Assembly (NCBI GenBank): GCA_021613535.1
Contig: CP075493.1
Location: forward strand, 17,980,001-18,044,000
Origin: Adineta vaga
Taxonomy: Eukaryota > Animalia > Rotifera
Direction of reading: 5' to 3'
Length of the DNA stretch: 64,000 nt
This document shows positions 30,601 to 42,600 of the stretch, in pieces. Every line of letters begins with the position of its first letter. Position 1 is the stretch's first letter. The position numbers and the translations under genes are program-made. The notes beneath the pieces were generated by a model. It saw only the letters and a program-made list of their open reading frames with translations, searched no databases and was not told the DNA's origin.

Positions 30601-33600
30601 CAAGGTATATTCATGTCTATTGTTTGACAACTCAGGATGCTGTTCGGTGTCGGTGTACATAAGGTTCTTTCTTGATGAGTACCTTGGATTGGATCCATTC
30701 CATTCTTTGTCGAAATAAGACTTCTTTTGATTTTCAACAGATGAAAGCTTGATCATAAGTAAGATAAAAGTTTTCTTACCTAGGCTATTATGTTTCGGTT
30801 TAGATTCACTTTGGAATGACAGATGGACGTGAAAGTATATATACGAAATAATATGTAGATGTCATTCAATTGTCGATCTTCTTGCTCTGAGAAAGATATG
30901 ATATATCATGGTATTATCTTCTACCATATGAAATACGGCTTTGATAACATTGCAGATGATTTCATAGAAGATTATCATACATTTTGTCTACTGATTATCA
31001 TATAGAAATCATAAAGCTACGTGTTCCTTTTATTACTGATGCATTTAATCAAATCGAATAATCCGATTCCAGTACATTCTCTCATCTAATGGAAGCGACA
31101 GAGTAATATGGCATTTTTCAGGGAGTGTGGGAAACTCTGAGGATTGTTTTTATGTATTTCCAGCTGATCATCTTTCATCGTACAGATCTTAACTGAAATA
31201 GGTCAAATATTGCTATTTCTACTGATATTTTCTTACTGCCTACTATCGACGTACTCACTTGTGTTTTATCTTGATTGCAGTGAGTCTCCCTGCTTCGAGA
31301 AACAATAGATCAATTTTGAAGATGGGTCCAAGTGATTCTTCCCGTCAGATGCTATTGAGTCATAAGGTGTAAAGACATACCATTGTAGTATCCCATAAGC
31401 TCGGTATACGATGAATGTTGGATCAAAGGCGACAGACAATCATTTTACAGTATTAAACACCATGTATGCTTCTTCTTCTTCTTCTTCTCATTTGTGCATC
31501 GTCGCCATCGTCGTAGCACCAGCATCCTTTGCTCAAGCTCGAATTTGGCTCGATGAACGACTTCGATTCGATCCACACAAGCCACAAGTGAGCATCTCCA
31601 ACATCCCCTTCGTCTATCGTCTCCCACTAGCCAACACTCTCTCCGTTCGACAACTTCATCGTGCTCTACAGCTCGTCGTCAACAAACATCCATCACTTCA
31701 CACAGCACTCATCTTCGACCCACACACAAATGAACTCATCCAAAGAATCATCTCTCACAAACATGACGACCACGACGACGGCGAAACTCTCTTCTCCTTT
31801 ACTCAAAGTACTTATGAAACAGATGAAGAACTCCATGATATCTTACATGATGAACGAAGAAACACGCAACATTTCGATCTCGATCATGGTCTTGTCTTTC
31901 GATGTCATCTCGTACATTACAAAGAGATTATTCCATCGAATGATCTTCTCTCTCACCAAGATCTCCTGATCTTCAATTTTCATCGTGCTCTCTTTGATTT
32001 TCTATCGATGAACATCTTTCTTCATGATCTCAATCAAGCATACACCACAGATCAACTATCAACCGCAACAACGAATGACACCATCACTCTACGCTATCTC
32101 GATTGTATGTCGACATATGCGTTGTTCTTTCCTCACTCATTCATCATTCTTGTGTGTTTGATTTAGATGCTGTCATCGAACATCAACTGTCAATGACTGG
32201 TGCACAGATGTTCTGGCAGGATACACTTCATGGTTGTCAACTCGATCAACCTCTTTCCTTACCCTATGATCGACATCGTCTTTCGAATGAACATCGAACT
32301 GGTCGTGGAACATCGATTTCCTTCGATCTTGGTCAACATCTGTCACATGACCTTGTCACTTATGCATCATCACATGACATCTCACTGCAACAGCTTACCT
32401 TTTCTCTGTATTTCACATTCCTGTTCAAGTTGACGAATGCACAAACGGATCTATGTGTTGGAATGAATGTCAGCAATCGATATCGAGATGAACTTCGATC
32501 CGTTGTTGGAATGTTTGAGAATATTATTCCATTGAGATGTCAACTCGATACACATTGGTGTTTCGCTCAACTGATGAATAATGTTCGAAAGATGATGACC
32601 AATGCAATGAAATATTCCTATTATCCTGTTGAACGTCTTCTATGTGATCAACATCTTCATCTTTCACATGCTACGTTTCACCATACAGCATTTGAATTTC
32701 TTTCATTATCATCATCGTTGTTGAAGAGGGTAGATGGTAAGAATGTAATCGAGATAGGTGGTAGTCGAATGTCTTTGATAGCATTATCAATGAAAATGAA
32801 TGAAGATCAAGATCAAGATGAAGTGATGAGTCAATGGGATCTCTCTCTTGTTCTTCATCATCATGATATTCAGTCGAATGGAGTGTCATGTGTGATTCAT
32901 GCATCCCTTGATTTATTCGATCGAGAAACACTGGTATTGATCTCACAACGATTTCATTCCTTCGTCCATCAACTACTCGTTTCTTCTGTTGACAATCAAA
33001 CAAACAGACCAATCTATGAACTATCGTTAACATTATTACATGAAAGATTACTCGCACAATCAGTGAATAACACCGAAGTCTCATACTCTCCCGTGATGTG
33101 TATTCATCATGAGTTTGTATGTCAAGTGATAAGACATCCACAGAAACTAGCTGTTGAACTCGATGATCAATCGTTGACATATGCTGAACTGTTGCACTAT
33201 GTGCAACTATTATCGACACGTCTTCTAAGTGATTATAACATCCTTCCAGGTGAAGTGATTTGTCAATGTGTGGAGAGAAGCATATCAATGGTAAGTAGTT
33301 GATCAAAGACATGTGAATGTGAAGTAGAGATTGTTGTTGGTGTTAATGAATAGGTGATTGGAATAATGGCAATTGAGATGATAGGTGGTGTTTATTGCCC
33401 ACTGTCACCTCGAGATCCTCCACATCGTCTTCATGCACTTCTGCAACAAACACAAGCTCGTCTAGTTCTTGTTCATTGGTTAACAGCAGACAAGTTTCAC
33501 GATGCAATGCCTTCACTTGATATTAATATCATCTCCTTTGCGAATAATATGCGTCAGGCTGTTGATGTTCATCGTTGGGATGATGTCATAGTTACTCCCA

Positions 33601-36600
33601 GTCATGTGGCCTATATCATTTTCACTAGTGGTTCAACTGGAACACCCAAGGCGGTTTGTTGAGTTACAGTGAAGTGGCATTTGTGCTCAGTTGTTTCGTT
33701 TCTCATTCTAGATACAAGTTCGACATACGAACTTTGTTAACTGTATGCATTCGTTGACATTCAATGGCACATTTTATGAAAATGATACGGCTATACAGAT
33801 GGCACGATGTTCATTTGACATTCATGTTCAAGAAATACTTGGTATCTTGACATATGGTGCCACCCTGGTGATGCTTCATCCTCGAGGAACTCTAGATTTA
33901 GAATATCTGTCACACATCATGCATGAGAAACAAATCACATACCTGCATGCGGTGCCAACTTTACTCCAGAGTCTGTTCGCCTTTCTCGATCGCTCACACA
34001 GCTCTTATGTCGTGAAGTATCTTCGATCAGTATGCAGTAGTGGTGAGCGGCTGATTAAATAATTTCAGTTCTATTCTGACATTCAATATCTGATCTATTA
34101 CAGGTGAACCTTTCCCGGTGAAATTGACCGATCTCATAGCAAAAGCTAGTACAGCAAACTGTAATGTATGGAATTTATATGGGCCAGCAGAAATAACTAT
34201 CGGTTGTACGCTCTTTCTTGTTAAAGCTACATCAAAGACTGATACAGTTCCGATCGGACAGTCACTTCCTAATTATGAATGTGTGGTTCTGGATGAACAT
34301 TCGCAAACGTCTTTGACAAATCAAGAAGGTGAATTGTTTGTCGGAGGTGTAGGTGTATTTGCTGGATATCTTGGACGTGATGATCTGACTGCCAGGGCAC
34401 TCATCGAAGTTAATGGTCGGTTATTCTATAGAACAGGTGATATCGTTCGAATAGATGACAGTGGATTGATTCATTACATTGGTCGACAAGATCATCAAGT
34501 CAAACTTCGAGGACAACGCATTGAACTTGGTGAAATCGAACGATGCCTGCTCAGCATCTCTACCATCTCTGCTTGTGTTGTCATCAAATGGAATGATGAT
34601 CATCTCGTGGCTTATGTTCAATGTTCTCATAACATACACGAACAGCAACTGAGAGAACATTGTCAATCTCATCTTCCACCACATATGATTCCATCGTTCT
34701 TCGTCATCCTCGAACAACTACCTCTGAATGTCAATGGAAAGATCGATCGAAAACGGCTTCCTTCACCCGATGTCTCGCATCTGTCTTCATCAGCACATCA
34801 TACGAATGACGACAATAATGAATTCTCACAACCAACCAATGACATCGAACAGATCATTCATGACATGTGGTGTGATATTCTTCATCAAAAACAGATCTCC
34901 ATCAGCACCAGTCTTTTCACCATCGGTGGTCATTCTCTCCTAGTCATGCAACTCTTTCATCGATACAAGATCGACTTTCATCTAGAATCGAGTTCTTCCT
35001 TTTCCATCTCTACTTTTTTTCAACATCCAACCATCAAAGAACATGCTCATCTCATTCATCAGACTCGCAACATCCACACCGAAGATGTCGATCATCATCA
35101 ATGGCTCCCACTACATGTCACTCGAGGTAGTTTACATCATGTATTTGTCTTCATCATCCACTCCCTTTTCTGTTTGTGTTCTAGCAAGAGCATCCTATGC
35201 ACAGGAACGTATCTTCTTAGATGAACACATTCGTTTCTCCTCATCCACAAATACCACCCATTATCGTATTCATCATAATATCTATGTCATTCCATTATTG
35301 TATCGTCTCTCATCTTCTCATTCTCATCTTTCAATCTCAAGACTACGTTATGCACTGCATAGTCTCATCATCAGACACAACACTCTTCGAACAGCACTCT
35401 ACCTAGATGATGTCGATGGTAGTATTGTACAAGAATGCTTCGATCAATCTCGCATTAGCAATGATATGATATCATGTCGATTTATTGTTCTTGATCTTCA
35501 CAACAATAACGATAAGGATTGCGAGCGACAGGAGATTGTCGAGGATATACTCAATCAAGTGGATCTCTTTGATCTATCTAAAGGACATGTCATCAATTGT
35601 CATCTTCTTCTCGGACATCATCCTTCTCCAGAGGATGATGATTTGTTGAATGAAAACGATTGGATCTTATTTACTCTCCATCATGCAGCATTTGATGGAG
35701 CATCCACATCGATCTTTCTTCGTGATCTTGCTCTTGCTTATGATCAAGATGAGAACTTCTTGGTTGAGACTAATGCATTGCAATACATCGACTATTCTGT
35801 ACATGAACATTGCATGGATATGACATTATCTCGACAATTCTGGCATGATCAACTGCAAGGATATGATCTGCAAAGTCGACTAGCATTGCCGGTTGATCGA
35901 CATCGTGCTTCAGCTGATCAGCGCTCTGGACTGGCGTCATCTATTCAAGTGACACTCGATGATGACATATGTACATCCTTTCTTCACTATGCATCATCAC
36001 ATCATCTCACTCTCTTTCAACTTGGCTTAGCTACATTCTATGCATTTCTCTTTCGACTAACTCATGGTCACAGTGATCTATGTGTATCTTCGATTAATGC
36101 TAATCGATATCGAAATGAACTTGTCAATATGATAGGCATGTTTGTGTCAACATTACCATATCGTCTTCACATCGATGATCATCAATGGTCCTTTGGTGAA
36201 CTTGTCCGACATGTGCAAGAGAAATGTGTATCTATTCTAGAACATTCTCATTATCCATTACAAGAACTCTTCTCTCACTTTCATGTCAATCAATCGAATG
36301 TTGGATTTCTCGAAACGGTGTTTGATCTAATACATGTGTCTCCTGAACAAACACAGTTATCTTTGGGTGAAACAAACTTAGAACAAATATCATCAGACAT
36401 ATCATATCGAATGGCGAAATTTGATATCATGTTCACATTGGTTTATGATCGAACATGGCATGATGAGCGATTATCATGCAGTTTTGTCTGTTCACAAGAT
36501 TTGTTTGATCAGGCATCCGTTACACTTCTAAGTCAAAGACTAGTACACTTCTATCGGCAGCTGTTCTTATCTGATGGCGGTGGTGGTAGAATGGAGAGTT

Positions 36601-39600
36601 GGTCATTACCTTTATGTGATCTAGTTCTCATTCTACCGGAAGAAGCTAGAGAAATAGAAGACATTGTGTTTTGTCCACAACTACATGTGATAGATGAAGG
36701 TATGTGTGATTGTTCGATGACTTTTGTTCAAATATGCACATGGATATCGGAGAAGATGCGAACTGTCTGTAGAGAAGTGTGCGAATATGTAAGAATCAAC
36801 ATGATACTTGAGAATGACATCTGATAAATGCTAAGAAAACGATGATATTAATAGATTATTTGTAGAAACTTTGCTGTCTAGCGGTTTAGCAGTAATTGGA
36901 CTATTTCCTCAGTTGAGTGTTGTAGAGTGACGAGCAGTTTTTACTTCTGAAACATTTTCTTTCGTATTAAGTGTAATTCATGAGAGTTTCTCTTGTCCTT
37001 TCTACTTATGCACATAAGTATAGGCTAAACATATTTCACAAGTGTATTCGTAAGAGGAAGACTGTCTGAAATGTTTCTGTCGTCGGCTACAAGATGCTAT
37101 GCGTTTGGATGAGTGTCCCTCAGTGTGAATGGGGTTACACGCATGGAATAGACCCAGTTCGTATTTTGATGCGTTCTAGCAGGGAATTCGATTCGTTTTG
37201 CGCTTCTCTTCATGCATACAGAGGAGAACTAGTCGGTAGTTTTATCTACCTTCCTGGCTTTGTTTTCTGGTAAGAAGCGGAAATGATTTTGATCAGAGAC
37301 AGAACTACTTATTATAAGATTACAAAAAACTACACATTAATCGCAAAACCATGATAAAAATAGTCATCTACAAACGGTACAGTGTGATTCGATGAAAGCT
37401 GGTATTATATAGTGAACTGAAATAAGAAGACAGGCCAGAGACTATCTGCGTAGTGTGATGGATTAAAAGAGCGAATTGAAAAACAAAAGAAGGATATCGA
37501 GCACCAAGGATGAAAAGCCACATCTATATAGGTGATAGCAACAAGTATCTTAATATACACATTTCAGTGTAAGATGTGTTGATCATAAGTCATATGATTG
37601 TTTTGTTTCCTTGCTATCCTCAACTAAATACTTCATTGTTCCACACGCGCATTTTCCTGGATCTTTGTCTTTGTTTTCTTTCTTTCTCATTTCTATGTAC
37701 ACCAGTACAAACACACCTGTTCACCTCCAATCGACAATCCCTCTTCCACTTGAGCGACTAGTCTAAGACATGACATCGAACCGACAGAACATACAACATT
37801 AGAATAAAAACTTCCATCACGGAAGTTCCATGTGGCAGCTTCCTACCAACCAATCATACAATGAAAACACAAGCGAAATTCAGTTAGATACCGTCTGATT
37901 CGACACATCAGCATGAAAATATTGTGAAGTAAACTGAGAAGCAAGTAGAATTGAACGAGATCACAGTGGGTTTCATTCTTGAAAATCAGAATCGTCGGCA
38001 ACACAAATGCCAAGGAATAATTTATCGGGAACAAATTTATTGACCGGTTAAACAGATGAAATGATCAGTAATAAAATGGATAAATGATCAGTTCGAAGTT
38101 TGAATGATCGGTGCTTAGAATAGCAGTAAATAATATGAAAATGATCAGTCTATAATATGAACCATCCGTAAAGACATCATATTTATAACAGTAAAAAGTA
38201 GCAATTTGACAAGTAAAAAATCCAAATTTGATTAGTAAATAATGCATGTTGTACCAACAGAAAAAAAAGATCGATCTGTAAGACACACCCGAGCACGAGA
38301 CGAAGAATCTAATTGAAGCCGTCTAAAATTCGAATCACTGCAGCATCAAAGCTGGTTTAGCTTTTGCTGGCCGGCCACTCTTTCGTTTTTCACCGATCGG
38401 CACTGTCTTGGCTGGTGATGGTGGTCTGCAGTACTTCAAGCGAATAGCCATCCCAACAACGTGCTTGCAAACATAGTTTTTCAAAAAGGCCGGGCAGTTG
38501 CATTTTGATTTCTTCCAGTCTGTATCATTCGGCATTTCTAAACACCATATATCATAGGATTTCTTGAACTGATTAAAGGTAGTCCATTTTCTATTGATAT
38601 ATTTATTTACATCAGTTTGTGTAATATCTTGTATATCACGAGCTGGTATATAATGTTTTTGAACCATCATTCGGATAGAAGATTACATCTGTTGATGACT
38701 TGTCCATTGATATGAAGAAGTCCATAGCTTTAAACTTATCGTCGCTTCTATGACAAAAACTTTTGCATTTATTGAAGTGGAATCACGTTCTATTGACCAG
38801 TTGTGAACAATCCTTGAAGCTATTGCTAAAAATCTCGATAAGACATAACGTTCTTGGAAAGTCCCTTCATCTTTTATTGTCTTGTTGGCTGTCTCCAGGA
38901 TTTTGTTCGTAATCGGTGTATATAACTGGATACCTTCGTACCAACCGTTATTGGATTCAATCCATTCTTTGTCGAAATACGACAGATTTTCTTGTTTCTG
39001 GTACGTCCTCCTCTACTAAATCACTTTCGTATGAAGCACCTCGTGCAGCTTCCATCGGTTTTACTTGTTAGCACCGAGATGGACGTGAAAGAAAGGATAG
39101 AAATAACGAATATGATGGCTGGATTTATAGTTGAATCTCGCGATTACAGAGAAATAAAAAAAAGTAGCCATCAGTCACTGTACGACTTATTGCAATTTCT
39201 ACAGTGATCCTTGCATATAATCTCCTAATAATGTATTTTATTTACTGATTATCAAATTAATTAACTATACAATCTCTTGAACTACTGTTCCTTTATATTG
39301 TTTACTGACAGTTCAACTTCTTTACTGATCATTCATCCAATTAACTGATTTTGAAATATTTCATCTCACTGATCATACCATATTTTCTACTGATAAACTA
39401 AATCCATGCCTAATTTAACGGGATCGAGCCGCAACAAGTTTGCTTCGATTGAAACATGAATAAGGTTCAGACAAAAAAGAATCATGGTCCCGTCAGATCT
39501 GAATCCATCGATATCATAAACCCATACCATTGTAGTATCCACTTAACTGTATTTAACTATACGATGAATGTTGGATCAAAGGCGACAGACAATCATTTTT

Positions 39601-42600
39601 GCAGTGCGATCGACCATGATCATGCTTCTTCTTCTTCTTCTTCTTCTCATTTGTTCTTTTTCATCGTCGCCATCGTCGTCGTAGCACCAGCATCCTTTGC
39701 TCAAGCTCGTATCTGGCTCGATGAACGACTTCGATTCGATCCAGACCATCCACAAGTGGCTATCTACAATATGCCTTTCGTCTATCGTCTTTCTCCACAC
39801 GACACTCTCTCGATTCAACAACTTCATCATGCTCTACAACTTGTTGTCAACAAACATCCATCACTTCATACAGCACTCGTCTTTGATTCTGACAAACATC
39901 AACTCATTCAAAGAATTCTTTCTCACAAAGATAACAACAACGACAACAGAACTCTCTTCTCCTTTACTCAAAGTACTTATGAAACAGATGAAGAACTCCA
40001 TGATATCTTACATGATGAACGAAGAAACACGCAACATTTCGATCTCGATCATGGTCTTGTCTTTCGATGTCATCTCGTACATTACAAAGAGATTATCCCA
40101 TCGAATGATCTTCTTTCTCATCAACATCTTCTCATCTTTAGTTTTCATCATGCTTTGTTTGATTTTCTATCGATGAACATCTTTCTTCATGATCTCAATC
40201 AAGCATATACCACAAGTCAATTATCCACTGATGATGACTATACTACTCTTCGTTATTTCGATTGTATGTTATCCTAGCTTCTCATGTGTACTTTTCTTCT
40301 CTACCACATTTTCTTCTCTATTATATTCAGATGCTGCCATCGAACAACAACTGTCAATGACTGGTGCACAGATGTTCTGGCAGGATACACTTCATGGTTG
40401 TCAACTCGATCAACCTCTTTCCTTACCCTATGATCGACATCGTCTTTCGAATGAACATCGAACTGGTCGTGGAACATCGATTTCCTTCGATCTTGGTCAA
40501 CATCTGTCACATGACCTTGTCACTTATGCATCATCAAATCATATCGAACTAGAACATCTAGCTCTTGCAACCTACTATCTCTTCTTATTCAAACTGACCA
40601 ATGGAGAACAAGATCTATGTATTGGAATGAATACACATGGTCGATATCGAAATGAACTTCACTCAATCATTGGCATGTTTGTCAATGCTATACCAGTACG
40701 ATGTCAACTAGATTCTTGTTGGTCTTTTGCTCAACTACTTGAACATATTCGATCGATGATAGTCAACTGTAGAAAATATTCATATTATCCACTTCAACGT
40801 ATTCTCTCTCAATATCCTCATCTCTCACATCCTGCATTTCTCGATACATCATTCGAATTTATCTCATCATCATCATTATCGATGGGAAAAGATGATCGAA
40901 ATGAGATTATGATTGGTGATAGTCGACTTTCTCTCCTATCTTTCGTTACGAATATCAATGAAGATGAAGTGATGAACAAGTTTGATTTCATTCTCAGGAT
41001 TGATCATCATCTGATGACAAATGAACTGTCATGCACCCTTTCTGCATCCAACGATTTGTTCAATGTAGAAACTATCTTCCAGATGGCACAAAGATTTCAC
41101 ACAGTAGTCCAACAACTATTCATATCTGTTGATACAAGCATGAGGAAACTACTTTCTGAACAATCATTGATGTTGAACAATGAAAGATTACTCATACAAT
41201 CAATCAATCATACACAAACATCTTTTCCTCCCGTGAAGTGTATTCATCATGAGTTTGTATGTCAAGTGATAAGACATCCACAGAAACTAGCTGTTGAACT
41301 CGATGATCAATCGTTGACATATGCTGAACTGTTGCACTATGTGCAACTATTATCGACACGTCTTCTAAGTGATTATAACATCCTTCCAGGTGAAGTGATT
41401 TGTCAATGTGTGGAGAGAAGCATATCAATGGTAAGTAGTTGATCAAAGACATGTGAATGTGAAGTAGAGATTGTTGTTGTTGTTGTTGTGGATGCATAGG
41501 TGATTGGAATGATGGCCATCGAAATGGTAGGTGGTGTTTATTGTCCATTATCACCTCGAGATCCTCAACATAGACTTCATGCACTCCTACAACAAACACA
41601 AGCTCGTCTAGTTCTTGTTCATTGGTTAACAGCAGACAAGTTTCACGATGCAATGGCTTCACTTGATATTAATATCATCTCCTTTGCGAATAATATGCGT
41701 CAGGCTGTTGATGTTCATCGTTGGGATGATGTCATAGTTACTCCCAGTCATGTGGCCTATATCATTTTCACTAGTGGTTCAACGGGAACGCCTAAAGCAG
41801 TATGTCACCGGATCCGATCATTAAATCAATTCTCTCATTATAATCGTTTTTTGTTAGATTCTAGTAACACATTCGAATCTGATGACCTTTACTCAATCGT
41901 TGGTTCAAATTCAGATTCTTCATCGTAATGATAATGTTGTACAGCTCGCTTCTTCGTCATTTGATGCCCATATACTGGAAATTCTTTGTTCTCTGGTTTG
42001 CGGAGCAGCAGTGATTATGCTGCATCCAGATGGGAATATGAATTTTGGCTATTTTACTGAGACACTGCGAGACAAGGAAGTCACACATTTGACAGCTGTT
42101 CCAACGTTTCTCGACCATTTGTGTAAATTTATCCAGCAGAATATGTCTAGATTGTTTACATTAATAAGAAATGTTTGTTGTGTTGGTGAGTAACCGGAGA
42201 GTATGTGAAACAATTTGAGATCACATCCGTCTTGTATATAGGAGAGACCCTCTCGCCGATCTTAGTTCTGACTTTGATGCATCACATCATGGAACCTTGT
42301 TGTATTTGGAACTTATATGGTCCAGCAGAGGCTACACTAGGAAGCACATATTATCTGTTTGATCCGACTTATAATACAGCTAACGTATCTATTGGTAAAC
42401 CCTTTCCTGGTTACATATGTTTACTGGTGGATCATTTCTTACAACCTGTTGCAGTCTATCAAGAAGGTGAATTGTATGTAGGAGGAGTAGGTATCTTTGC
42501 CGGATATCTTGGACGCGATGATCTCACAGCCAAAGCACTAATTGATATTGATGGTGAAGTCTTCTATCGAACAGGTGATCTCGTTCGAATGGATGACAGT

